NCBI GenBank assembly: GCA_013265495.1
Contig: MU058221.1
Location: 1,364,001 to 1,428,000, forward strand
DNA length: 64,000 nt
Reading direction: 5' to 3'
From: Vicugna vicugna
Taxonomy: Eukaryota
Position numbers and translations under genes: made by a program. The notes beneath the pieces were generated by a model, which did no database searches, had not been told where the DNA came from, and was given only the letters and a program-made list of their open reading frames with translations. Below, piece by piece: positions 38,841 through 51,621 of this stretch (within the stretch, counting starts at the first letter, position 1; each line of letters begins with the position of its first letter).

Positions 38841-41800
38841 GTCATCATCTTGGATCAGAACCTATCTGTGGCAGCCCAAATGGGCTAAATCAATTCTTTT
38901 AAAATATTTAGTGCTGCAGAAAGTCTACTGTCCACAGATCACTATTTTGGGGATCTTGAAGGGTGAGTAGAAAGGTGTTAGAAAGTCTGTTCCATTTATT
39001 TTAAGGCCTTACTGTTTACCTTATTCTTTACCTCACACAATATCATGTAAGATTTTATCAGTATGGGTCTATGTGTGCAATATATATTGTTTTCTGTAAG
39101 CATATGGATATAAAAATTCTTTCTTTTTTCCTTCTATGCCTGTTCTATGTACCAGTTTCAGATCAGTTTCCTTTCTTACATTTTTGACTTCTTATTCATC
39201 TGTTGCCCTCTCATTCTTCAGGTCTTAATTTTTAAAAAATGATATCTAACTATTCGTATCTGTACCTATAGTTTTGTTTTCTTCTCTCAACCTAAGTCTG
39301 CCTTTGGCTGTTCTCAGATTTATTTTCAGTGTTTGCATTCTTTCACATGATTTCTTGAAATAATTTTTCCAACATGTCATCAATTTTTGTGAGTTGATTC
39401 CTTTACAGTTTCTATTCTGATCATCGCTTTTGCTAAAAATCATAATCATTTTAGATTGGTATCATATGTCAAATATCCCAAAGATTCCATTTGGAAAAAA
39501 GTTATGTATTTTCAAAAGATTCTAGCTCATAGTTTGCAGAATGTTTTATGGAGATATATTTTTTCTAACTTTTCAAGTTATTCCACTTATATTTAACTGC
39601 CTAGTATATTCATATTCATAATTCCAGTGCTATTTTTCTCTTTGTTTTTTTCTTTCTAAGGGACATGAATATAATTGCTAGCATTATGAGTTGGATTCTG
39701 TCAGAGTCTTTGAGCACCCCTATTTAAATCTTTCAACTTAGATGAGAGAAGAATGGAGATTTTATAATCCACAGTTATTTCAGCTCAATAAGTTACAGAT
39801 ACAAACCCCCTCTACATAATACATACATTTTCAGGGTGAGTGGGAAACAGACATCAAAGTCATGAGTTATCAATCTTTAAAGGCTCTTACTTGAAAGATG
39901 TACTGATACGTCTGGGAAAGGTCAACCATGCACTTTAGAAGAGGTCTAATTTATATGTGAAAACAAAGGGATTCACAGTATATGTTCTTAAAAACGAATA
40001 GAGAATGGAATTGAAGGTCTGTAGAGATGCCATGAAGCTTGTTAAAGGGAATAAAATATCAGAAATATCTTTCTCATTTGACAACAACTTTTAGTGCCGA
40101 CATTCTTCCTTCCTGGTGAGCAGCAGAGTGTCTCATTTTCATTATCTGGAATTCAGGGGGCCTCTGCATCCCTGCCAGCCACAGGGGGAAACCTTGAAGA
40201 AGGTCCTGGGTATAGTCTGATATAAATTAAAACCTGCCATAGTGTTAGGATAAAGAACTAAGCCCCTGGTGGTTGACTTCTTTCTTGAAATGCAGTCTTT
40301 TTAACCAGTAGTTTTGTGTTTTATAAGATCTTTTCCTCCCTGCAATAATTATGCAGCTACCCGTGCAGCACCAGGAGCTTCTGTCCTGTGCCTCCTCCCA
40401 GCTCTTCATAGCTGATTGAATAACCAGAGCGTGCACCTCGCCAGCGCAAAGCCCTCTTTCCCATCGTGGTTACAAGCATGTAACTGAAAAGCCAGGCAGC
40501 ACCATGATGGAACCCCTTCTGTTTGAGTTTGGCCCTTTGCGGGCATCCCACATATCCTTGCTTCATCCTGATCCACCAGCCAGCCGATCCTACAGTCTCT
40601 ACTTTTCATTGCATCTCCTTCCGCTTAATCTCACATGGCATCCTTGTTTTTACGTGTCAAACACAATAGGTGTACTGATTCTAACTTTCAATGTATCGTG
40701 GCGGCAGAGTACGTTGCAGAAAACCCTCGATGTTTACAAATGTCAGTCACACTTACCTGGCTTCAGCCAGGTATGCCGTGTCATTTTTCAGTGTATTCCC
40801 CTTGTCATTAAGGGAATGTTTTTAAAAGAAAATAAATTCAGATTTCCAGTTTTACTATAAAGTTTCATCACATCATATTGTTTTTTATCTTTCAAATGTT
40901 TTTGTACAAAAAAAAGAGTATATTTTTACCTTTTGAAAACACCCCAATGTGCAGAAGAGATGCAGACAAATTATTATTATTACTATTACTTGCTTCTGCC
41001 TCCAACGACTTGTGTAATGTGTCTTATAATATTACGTTAGCAACAAATGCACAGCACCAATTTTATTTCGTTTATCAGACACAGGTTATAATGGCATATT
41101 TTCAGGTTGGCGTTATGTTTAACGTACAAAATGAATATTCTCAGTTTCATAGAATTCGGGAGTCCACAGGGTGAATAATAAGACGTAATGTGTGTATTTC
41201 TTCATTCCAAATAAATTACACATAATATATGAACTAAAACCAGTGTTCCATGGAAGCTCCGGTGCTGCACGCTATTAAGCTAGAAAATAATGTGCAAATA
41301 TATCTTTTCTGAAAAGCAACAGCTTTTAAGAAGCATAGATTTGTGTGAAGAAACAAATGATCGAGTTGCTGAAACCTTGAGTTATTGTTTTGTTTCCGCA
41401 GGTTGAAGAAATAGTTATAAAAGTAAAGGAATTAGGAAATGTCACCACACGCTCTATTAGGAACATATTTGAATATCATTTTCAATCACTAGCCTGGAAA
41501 ATACCTCCAGCAGCAAAACCAAAAAAGTTTAGAATGATCCTCCCAATTACAAGGTTCTTTACCTTTACAGTAAAGAGTAACTTTTTCAAACTTTCAAGTA
41601 ACTCTAGCAAAGGTAACATGAAATATAAAAACTCCATAGTTAATTCCATGGAGGGACCTGGAATGTTGACATGGGGAGTGACACAGCAGAGGCTCTGGGA
41701 GTACTGAGCAAAATATCTTTAGCATTTTCTACATTTTAGACAGATATAAAAAATTTTCAAGACTTCTTGTCCCCTGGGTAATGTGTGAGCACAGTACTGT

Positions 41801-43344
41801 ATTACATTTTTTGTTCATTTTATTCTTTCCCTTCAAATTTACATTACGTTTTTGGACAGAAGTTTTTTGGCAGCTGTTGACTCGGCTAAGATCCCTCAAA
41901 ATAAAAGAATTTTCATCCATGATTAGCCATCACAATTCCACTGTGCTTTTTTATTGGGTTGTCTAATCACAAGACAAACTTCAGAAGAAAATTAATGTAT
42001 AAGGGATCCAGAAGCTCAGTGATAAAACCGGCTTCCAAAGATCTTCTATGGCTAATTTGCTGACAGGATTACTTTGCAAATTCTCCCTTGTCTCTCAAAA
42101 TTCTGATATACTGTGCCTCATCGAAGGTCAGATGCACTGGCTTGTAAAATAACATACAGGAAAAAAAAAAAAGGATGATTCTCTACTCTCTCTTTATGGA
42201 GGACATCAATTAAAATGATACAGATTTGTCTTTGATGAAGTCAGACCTTGAAGTCTGGCAAATTTCTTTGCCAGTATTTGGCCATATTATTTGGCCAATT
42301 ATGTCATTTATTATCTCAGTGAAGAACATAATGTTTTTTTTTAAATTATCCACAATATTTAAGTAGCTAAAATTTTGCTTCAGTTTTAAGGTTTTGATTA
42401 ATATCAGTCTTGCTTTAGAAAACAGTGCTGAACATTATTTTCCATCTCCATTTCCATTAGCCTCGCCAGTTTTTTTTTTTTTTTCCCTTAAACAGAAGAT
42501 TCTCTAGCTGTTCTTACCAGGTGCAGGCATAAATTAGTTCATCCTCACAAAGAGTCACTCTTTAACCATATGCTCACAATGAAGTTAGCCCATTTGTTAT
42601 GTGCATGGCTGGGAGACGTGGAGAGTGAAGAACAATGAAACATCTTTACTACTCGGTTTCTTAAGGAGAGTAGCTGTTGATGGTCTTCTTGTGTACACAC
42701 GGCCTAAAGCCTGCAGAAGGTACACCTTTATCTATCTGTGTGTCTCTGTCTACCTGTATAGTCCCTCCTGTGGACGGTTACAGTGTCAAGAGGATGCATA
42801 TCCAATAGAGGACACATTTGAGCTGTTATTTTGCTTTGCAATTGCAGCTGTTTTAGTTTGGTTAGTCTTCCTGTCTTTCGTCAAGACACGTTTTAAATCA
42901 CATTTCCTTAGGGATAGCTGGATCTGCCACGCTTAGTTATCAACTTTCCATCCCATCTGCTACAGTTTCTATTATAGTTGCAGTAAAATACCACAAGCAG
43001 GCTGGTTTGAAATGTACAGAACTGAAAATATTTGGCTCTGTGACTGAGCATTCAAACCTTCCTTAATTCTCAAGTGTAGGGAGACGCGATTTGATTTCCT
43101 GTAGCTCGATTTTCACTGCCAGCCTCCTTGACCATTCTCCTGCCTCAGCTGCGATCTGGGTTGGTCAACGTTGTTTGGGGTAGAGTGAAATAAACGGCCT
43201 GAGGGTGAGAAAGCACCTCTTTTAATCTCACTTGCCCTTTTTAAAAAAACACTTTGGGCAAGCCTCTTATCTCTCTTGAGCATGAATCACAAAAATAGAA
43301 AGGTGGCATAAAACCAGCAGCAACCTTGGGGTCACAGAATATGG

Positions 43345-43520
43345 TTCCAGGTGACATTCTTCACTGCATGCTTGTGCACTATAATTCTTGGGCAATTTGA
43401 TTAAGTATTCAAACTACTGCTTTTTCCTGTGTTTCATGGGGATAATAAAAATCTTCCCAGAAAGGTGAGGAGAGAACAACATATGCTAACCTTTATGCCG
43501 TGCAGCAGAGCACAGAGCTT
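43345..43520 (+). mobile_element. MIR SINE remnant
   Basis: 'cttgggcaatttgattaa...tttttcctgtgtttcatggggataataaaa' resembles the MIR core. Confidence 0.55.
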
Positions 43521-45599
43521 TATCCTAATAGGCTATTCAGATTAAGTTAGTAAAATGAGATTCAGGAAGAGGAGGTGGAAAGTTAAGAGCCTTTAGGACT
43601 AAAATTACAAGTCCTTGGCAGAGCAGATGAAGACTACAACGTTTTTCTTTTCCACTTGAAGACTTATTTAGTAATAAAATGTTCTTTTTCATTGGTATAG
43701 AATGTAAGAAAAAATGATAAAATAAAGGTATACGTAGATGGAGAGAAACATGTTTATAAAGGGGGAAATGAATTTAAGACTCCTTTTTTTTTTTAACTAT
43801 CTCCAGAATGATATGAACCAAATTTAAAAAACTTGTGGGTAGTGAAATTTTAATTACAGGGTGAAATCTAACATTCTACTTGAAATAATTCCAATTTTTA
43901 ATTTTTTTCCTTCATTTTTAAAAAGAGATATTCCCTTATTGCACATCCCCCTTGTCCACACCTTAAAATATTTGATACCAGTTCTTCACGGAAGTGCTCT
44001 TTTAATTTGAAATCTGATTCAGGTAATTCTTGTTTAAAAATGATTGCTTTTGTGTTTGTTTTAGTCATATCTACATTCAAAAGTGCTGTGCTGTGCTATG
44101 CAACAAAATCGTGGTGTATTACTGAACAACACAATCAGTCCTACTTAATTATTTTTTTCTGGTTAAAATATAATATACTCCCCAGAAGAATACCAGAATG
44201 TAAATGCTAAGTATTATTTTGAATCTTATACTGAGAGATTTTTATACATCTATTATTTTTAGTTTAAAATGTAATTATAAGTGTAGAGCAAACATTCATG
44301 TGTCTACTACCAAAAATCAGTAAATTTTAAAAAATCGCATTTGCCTTAGTTTTTAAAATAATAAGCTATTATGTTACAATATATAAACTATTTAATCATA
44401 ACAGCTATCCCATGAAGGAAGTAATGGAAAAAAGCTGTGTCTAAATCTCGAAAAAAATATGAAAATTTTTAGCATTAAAAGCCCATTTTGCCTTTCCATA
44501 TAACTCACCAAAGAAAGAAAGAAAGAAAAACTAAAGAGATAAGAACAAAAATAAAGAGGAAATGAAGAATAGTAAGTGTACTAACCCAGAAAATCATAAT
44601 TTTGATAATAAATAAGCAGAATTAATAGCAAAAAATGTACATAAATTGAGATGTAATGAAACATTTTTATAAGTGTGAAAAATGCAATGGTGGAACCTCC
44701 AAAATAAATTCTTCCCTTCCTTGTTTTTATTGTCATTTGCACCTTTCCATTAATGATGCTGGAGTTAATGCCCTCACACTGCCAAAAAGTAAATTTCTTA
44801 TTTTTTCCTCCAATAAATGTACAAACTTATTTCAAGACAAATAAGTTGTGAAAAACAAACTGTTTTCTAAGAATAGTTTAAAGTCAGATTGTGAAATAAA
44901 CACTAGTCTTTGAGTTTCAGTAAAAATCCACAGTGAAGAGCGTAGTTCAGGTCCAACATTCACAGCTGAACATTTCTGCTCACAAACCATATTAGTTTAG
45001 GCAGTGATACAGCAGATTCTACAACCCCTAGTCACCACAGTGAAGCTCAGAAGGAGGCCGGGAAATAAAATCCACTCACTCCCTAATAAAATAAATACAG
45101 GCTCGGGATAGAGTTAAACACGTTAACCATAGTAACATGGAAAGAAAACACATGGTGCTTATGTGAAGTACAAGAGCCAAGGGTGTTTAAGCCAGAGGCA
45201 CTGAGAGATGGAGAGAAGCAGAAACAGAGGGAACCACAAGACACCTGGAATCCGTGTTAGATGAAAACGCTACAAGAAATAGTTTTAAAACGAGACACAC
45301 AGTAGATGAAAATATAGAATTCCAGGCAGAAAAGGAAATAGAGGACTTTTGCCTACAGAAGTTAAAATTCCAGATAAAATGTAAGGCAGATTTCTTCTTT
45401 TTACATTTTAAAAATTAAGTGGAAAATCATGAATTGTCATATTTTTATGAAAAGACTAAATTCTGGCAAAGAATACCTAGATAAAAAAAAGAGAGAGAAA
45501 ACTGGCTAAAGGTGGAAAAGATAAGACAAAGCTTTCATATTGGTAATTAAAGGAAAACTAAAGCCATTAGTGCATCTCCTGAGCATGACCACAGCGGTA

Positions 45600-46040
45600 T
45601 CTGAAAGAAATGAAAAAGACAAAAGGGGTTAATGTCAATTAAAAGTATAACTTCCATTATTTAAATCAGTAAGTGGTTGAAGATTAAATTGAAGAAATTT
45701 TCAAAGTGAAGAACAGAAGACTGAGAGATAAAAATTCTATATAAAAGATACAAAATGTGGAGAAACATTGTGGAAAGTCTGATATTGAACTATTAAGAGT
45801 TTAGAACACAGAGAAAACAAAGGGAGGGGGGAGATTATTAAAGAAATAACTCAGGCAAATGTGATTGAGATGCACAAATAGACAAAAATAAGATGTAAAG
45901 AACAATTTTGAAGTTGAGAAAAATAGCAAGGTAAAAAAGATTATAGAAACATATATAGAAAAAACGAGCTAGAAGAAGATTTGAGTCAATATCGGACTTC
46001 ACTAGCAAGGTCGGATCCAGGAAGACAGAGCAGGGCCTTG
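45600..46040 (+). mobile_element. Ancient HAL1/L1ME ORF1-like remnant
   Basis: A-rich, 'aagagtttagaacacagagaaaacaaagggagggggagattattaaagaaataactcaggcaaat', 'atcggacttcactagcaa'. Confidence 0.45.
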
Positions 46041-46902
46041 GACTACCTGAGGGACAGGGAGCCTTGTTTTAGTTCATCAAAGGAAGAGGCTCCACAAAGT
46101 GGACATGGGAATGGTTATTTAGAGATTTAAATATGAATGAAGAAAGGGGGTCAAGAAAGATCAGCCAACTACTGCTGACATTTTACAAATTTCTAAATTG
46201 TATGAAATCTGAGTGCAGAGACAAAAACGTGTAATTATTACAAAATGTGCCTAGTGTAAGGAAATACGAGTGTCAAAATTAACATCTCGAAGAATGTGCT
46301 CACTGGTGGGACTTTGGGGAATTGCATATATTGCCTGAAAATATAAACTCTATCTTTCTCTTTTATTCCCCCCCAGATATCACCATGTGTAGGCTAGGGG
46401 CACGGTGGGTCTGTGCTATACTAAGTACTGGTTCTCAGGGCATGACTCTGCTTTGAGGATAATGCTATTGTGTGAGATTACTCAGTGCATCAATTGCTGT
46501 AATATTCACCTTTGGTGCGAAGGATCTGCTTGTGTTTTCTAAAAAGAAGTTCCTAAAGACACTTGGTTAGCCATCGTCTTGATTTTCTAGAACTTTGGAA
46601 GTCATGAGAATCAAGATGCTTTGGTTTGGAGAAAGACATACACCAAAGAAGTTCCATTAGTTCCCATTGGTGCAAAATCCAAATAAGAACCTCTGGCTGG
46701 AAATACAATGAAAGACAAAGAGAAAGAGAAAGAACAAGAGTTTTTTTTTTTTTTTTCAGTACAAAACAATACTTTATCCTTGACACAGATTTATCCTTGA
46801 GGAAAAGGTTATTTTCTGTGGGAGCAAGGAACTTGCTCTGTCAAGGGTGACAGCAAACGTAGGAAATTTTTGTCATTAAAATTGTGGTAAATTCACATAT
46901 AG

Positions 46903-47845
46903 TGAAATGGAGCGGAGCCCTGAGGGGCCCCCCAAGTATAAAGGCCCCTTTATGTCCCCTGCCTCTTGTTTGTAAAAACAGATGAAGTCTACCAGGTCTC
47001 TCAGAGTTACAGAAGAGCAGGCTCAAGCAGCTGACAGGACAGTAGCGTCACAGACTCAGTGTCTGATAAAAGAATGGGATTAAAATTATTGCTCAGAATC
47101 ATTTACATCTTTGTGAGCACTAGCATGGTTGTAGCTTGCTCTGCCTAAATGTGAAAGCAGGCAACTAAAACTGTCAGCAAAGAGATGCTACAGACTCACG
47201 CCAACATCTTCCACCCTGAAACTACGGTGTCCTACGTCAGGATGAAGTAGTTACCGAAGACCTTTGTCCGTAATCCCATAGAAACAGAGTGATGTCTGAC
47301 AAGTGGGAATCTGTAGGCAGCTCTTTAGCCCCTTTGCTGTATGTCTATTTCTGTTCCACTTAAACTTTAATTATAAAAGTGAAATCAGTAGATATCATTT
47401 AACCTAACTCCTGACTTATGCTCTATTAAATGTACACAATGCCTTGCCTAACCAGTTGATTCCTTTCCTGGATTAAAAGGAGTAATAATGCAGAATTGAG
47501 TAGTTAAAGAATGACTGACTCTTTACCTCCAGCTTTCTGAATGTATTTGCAGGTGGACATGTGGGCAAGACGGTTGCCAAAGGAAGAGGAGGAGAAGTCA
47601 GCGGGTCTGCGTGCAATGGAAAAATGTCAAAGAATCTGGCCTCCTACCTTAATGATTATCTGGGATTGTTTCCCTTTAAAAATTTTCATGACTGGGCAGA
47701 ATCCTTAGAGTTGATCTTGGGACATGAGTCCACCTTCTCCTCAGATTTCTGGCTTTCTGAAGGAAGCACTTTTCCTTTCTACTGACACCTGCCTCTTCAT
47801 TGCTGGCTTTTGAGAGATGAGCAGCTGAATCTGAGTTTGGTAGCA
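46903..47845 (+). mobile_element. ERV1-class solo LTR (long, composite)
   Basis: TGAAATGG...GGTAGCA termini with a perfect 4-bp TSD ATAG (46899-46902, 47846-47849); TATA-like 'ccctttaaaaa' near 47673. Confidence 0.85.
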
Positions 47846-50800
47846 ATAGAACATCATATTAATGTACATTGCAAGCATGGCTGGAAATGGAAAAAAAAAT
47901 AAAATAAAACAAATGGCTTATTCACCTAGTGTATAGTGTGGCTTTGGAATAGACAGAATTCAAGTAATATCCAATCTTGAAACATTTCAGAGGTTTCTGA
48001 GGGGAAAATTAAAGAAACATCAAAATGGCCTTGAGAGACCTGGATTCCCCATGTATGTCAGGCACACATATGGGAAGGTGTTCCGTGAAATCATGACAAG
48101 AACCAAGAGATTACAGAAACATCTCTGGCAGACTCTGGGCCTCAATAACACATTGTGTCAAAAAGAGAAAAAAACGAAATGAATCCACCCTTCCTCTTCT
48201 CCATCGTCTCCTTCATAAAAAAGCTCAAATATCTAACCTCTCATCAGTGCTGCATCTCACTGACATCACACAGATCAATGGTTATCGGGGGTGGGGGTTT
48301 GGATTCTGTATTCCAGGTTTCTCACCAGTTCTTTCTAGAGCAAAGACCTAAATTCTGAAGACTTTTTTATCTAGTACTAAAACGGCTATTGTAAGTTGAC
48401 CCTCATTGAACATCAGCCAGGACAGCACTTCTCCTTCACAACAATAAACGTTTTTATTGGTGGCACATCATTCAGAGATTAAAGGAATCAGCGCCCTTTT
48501 CAACTGCAGCTTTGTCTAACTTTTAGCACTTTTTCTCCTCTGCTTGAGGTTGTTATCGGAGTTCTGCTAAAGTCCCATGTCTTTATTTACCCAAAGGGCA
48601 AGTACATTACAGGAAGTGCCCTCTAGTTTTGTCTCAACTGTTACATGTCTCACTGAAACTATTTCCAAGGTTTGAGAGTTTGAAGATCATTTTTCCCCAA
48701 TCTACAGGCAGGCTTTAATTTTTGACAATAGGATCTTTAAAGTTTCATTTCATTTGTTACTATAACTTAAATACCAAAGCTAATTTTTATTAAACTCACA
48801 ATAGCTAATACTTGAATAGTCTAAGCATTGTGAAATTAACTTCTAAAACTGAGTGATGAATTGGAAAAAAAATCCCTTACCTGGAACACAGATATAATTT
48901 TTTTAATTTTACCATTAAATAGAATTAGGAAAATTTAGAAAAGATTTCTCAGGGCCTCAGTTTCATTCAGCCAGATAATTTGTAAGACTATCTATAACTC
49001 TAATATAATACACTACAAATCTATATCGAAATTTCCCAAAAATGTTCAGTGATGCATGTCATCAAAAAGGTTCATTGTCAAATAATCTAAAACTCACAGA
49101 ATTCGATCTGTTCCTCGAGGAGATTCAAGTTGCCCCATATCGTGTTAAAAACTTTGAGAATTACAGCAGGAAAGAACCTGTCTTTCTTTAATTTCTCATT
49201 TTCCAAGACTGTGTAATTATGTGCAGTTCCTATTATCATCAACAAAAGATAGTTTAGAAGCCATAAAACACATGGGGCAAATCGCTCCCAGGTATTTCCC
49301 ACTCCTTGACTGTGCCAAAAAGCTAACGTGCATTTTTATTAAATATTGACAGAAAGTTTCCTTGACAATTGAAAAACTCCCTTCAATGGTCATAATGAAG
49401 CAGTACATGCCATGAATGGAATGGAGAAAATTGTTTATTTCTCAAAGCAGCAGGTGTTTATCAGGGACTTCAGTGTAAAGCAAAAGCAATGGATAAGGGT
49501 ATAATGACTGGCTTTGACAGAAATAGCAATTTAACTGCTTAGACTGGGTGAAACATCCTCTTCACAAGAGCAGTATTCAGTGTGCAATTATTCACAACTC
49601 CAGTCACATGCAGAATATAGGGTGTAAATCCTAATTAGTTTTTCTGGAATGCCTTATCTTTTTGTAATTCATTTGACCTCTACAAACAGGATCTGAATTG
49701 GAGAGCACTCTAAAGAAAGAATTATAGTTTGCAAGACGTTTATAGCAAATTAATACTTTTGCTTGCTGACTTAACGTCTCATATGGCTAAATACTAGGGT
49801 CTGTGTTCCATCCTATTGAAGGTAGGATTTATGATTTCAATATTGCAAGGTTCTAGAATTCGACAGGGTTCATGATCATCAGGCAATGATGGAAGAAATG
49901 TGAAACCAAGGTCTAAGCTCCAAAATGCATACCTATGTCTTGACATGAGTCATTATTAAAGTTTTTTTTTTTTTTTCAAAATAATGATGAGGAACCATGT
50001 AGTTTGTGCCTTCCTCGGGTACTTGTTTTGAAAACTGGCCTACTATTTTAAAATAGTCCTTTCAAAGTGTAGTAAAGAACTAAAGCTCTCAGAAATGTGA
50101 GTCACAAGAAAAGGTAGAGAAAGTTCTCCAAAAAATAAAAACCTTCCTCACTTTTCATTTCACAGAGTCATCTGTGTACAGATCTGGCTACCTACAATTC
50201 GGGTATCCTGGGAGAATTATCATAAAAATAATTAAGTTCACCCCACATATAAGAAACCTGTTAACAGAATCTCTACTGGGATGATAAAGTGAGTGGTTAG
50301 AAGGCAACTGTATGACATTTCGAGGAAAAAGCAAAGACCATTGACCATCTCCATAATCCAATGGAGTTCTCTCTCTCTTACAATCAGCCCTTCCCAACGC
50401 TTTACCTCCAAAATCCTGGCGCTCTGTGCACACCACACTCAGCAGGAGAAGGGGGGAAGGCCTGACTGCGGGTGGGGTATCTTTTACCATTTTGAGATTT
50501 TGACATAAAAATTAAGTTGATTAATAGAAAATACAGAAATAAAATATTTTCTTGCACATCCGAGGTGGTAAATTAAAATACACACCCACCAAAAGTTTTC
50601 GTCCTCTCTTTACTAAACACGTGTTTTGTATAAAATACATAAATAGTTCTTGTTTACTTTGCTTATTGCTTTGGGTGTATCAGAGTTGATGAAATTTATC
50701 TTTTAATCATTACTAGCCAAGCATGATTGACAAGACTGACATCGTCCAGGTAGTCTAGATTTAAAATTGAGTCAAGTAACTTGAAAACTTGAGCATAGCT

Positions 50801-50989
50801 CTCTTGATGAGGGTAAACAGTATTATTATACATGGGAGGAAGAATTAGGGGCATACGTGTGTGTATATAAGAAGAAAAGTGTAAGGATGCTTGGCAATCA
50901 GACGAGAATGTAATATAGGTGCTATGTTTGTCAAGCAAGAGATCTGATGTGATTCTTCCTCTTCCACTATCATTATTTCAAAGAGTTAT

Positions 50990-51621
50990 TGACACCAAGC
51001 AGGATCCTATGGAGCCCGCCCAGGGACAGACCCCCACGTCACCTGCCTACTGTTGGTAAAACAGGTTTAGCCCCGTAGGCCTTTCCCATGTTCCAAAGAA
51101 CAAATTTAAGCAGAGAAGTGAAAAAATACAAAACCAAAGGAAAACAATGAAGACAAAACAATAACAGTTAAGAAATAACACAAAGTCAAGGACTTTCAGT
51201 TCCACCTCGGGGGCTACAGGTCACATCCTGAGCCGTATCCTGGAGTCCTTTTATGGACACTAACACCCCTCCAAGTGGGAGACGTGAACTGCATACTGAC
51301 AGCCAGCATGCGTAGCCCAGACGGGCTGGAAGCTGGATGACTGAGATTCCTGAAGCCTCACCCTGTCACATTCCGATCAACCAATCAGAAAAGGCACATG
51401 AGCTGGTCACACATGCTGTGACCCTCTCCCTCACGCCGTCTTTAAAAACCCTCCCGTGAAAGCCATCGAGGAGTTCGTTCAGGTCTTTTGAGTACAAGCT
51501 GCCGGTACTCCTTGTTTGGTGCCCGGCAATAAACACTGTGCTTTCCTTCGCCACAACCTGGTGTCAGGAGAATGACTTTGCTGCCCGTAGGGTGAGTGGA
51601 CTGGATTTTCATTCAGTAACA
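50990..51621 (+). mobile_element. ERV1 solo LTR, MER41-like (cetartiodactyl)
   Basis: Starts 'tgacaccaagcaggatcctatgg', CCAAT 'aaccaatcag', TATA-like 'ctttaaaaaccc', polyA signal 'aataaa' near 51528, ends 'ttcagtaaca'. Confidence 0.8.

Noticed and set aside
40240..40600. Possible MLT1J/K-like remnant with a CTCF-like 'ccaccaggggct'
   Set aside because: Too diverged to call; the motif is one G short of consensus.
41390..41707. 105-aa ORF after a good acceptor (gtttccgcag)
   Set aside because: No recognisable protein and no convincing donor.
48872..48900. Minus-strand 'ccag|gtaagg' as a possible recursive splice site
   Set aside because: Polypyrimidine tract is poor and no host gene is established.
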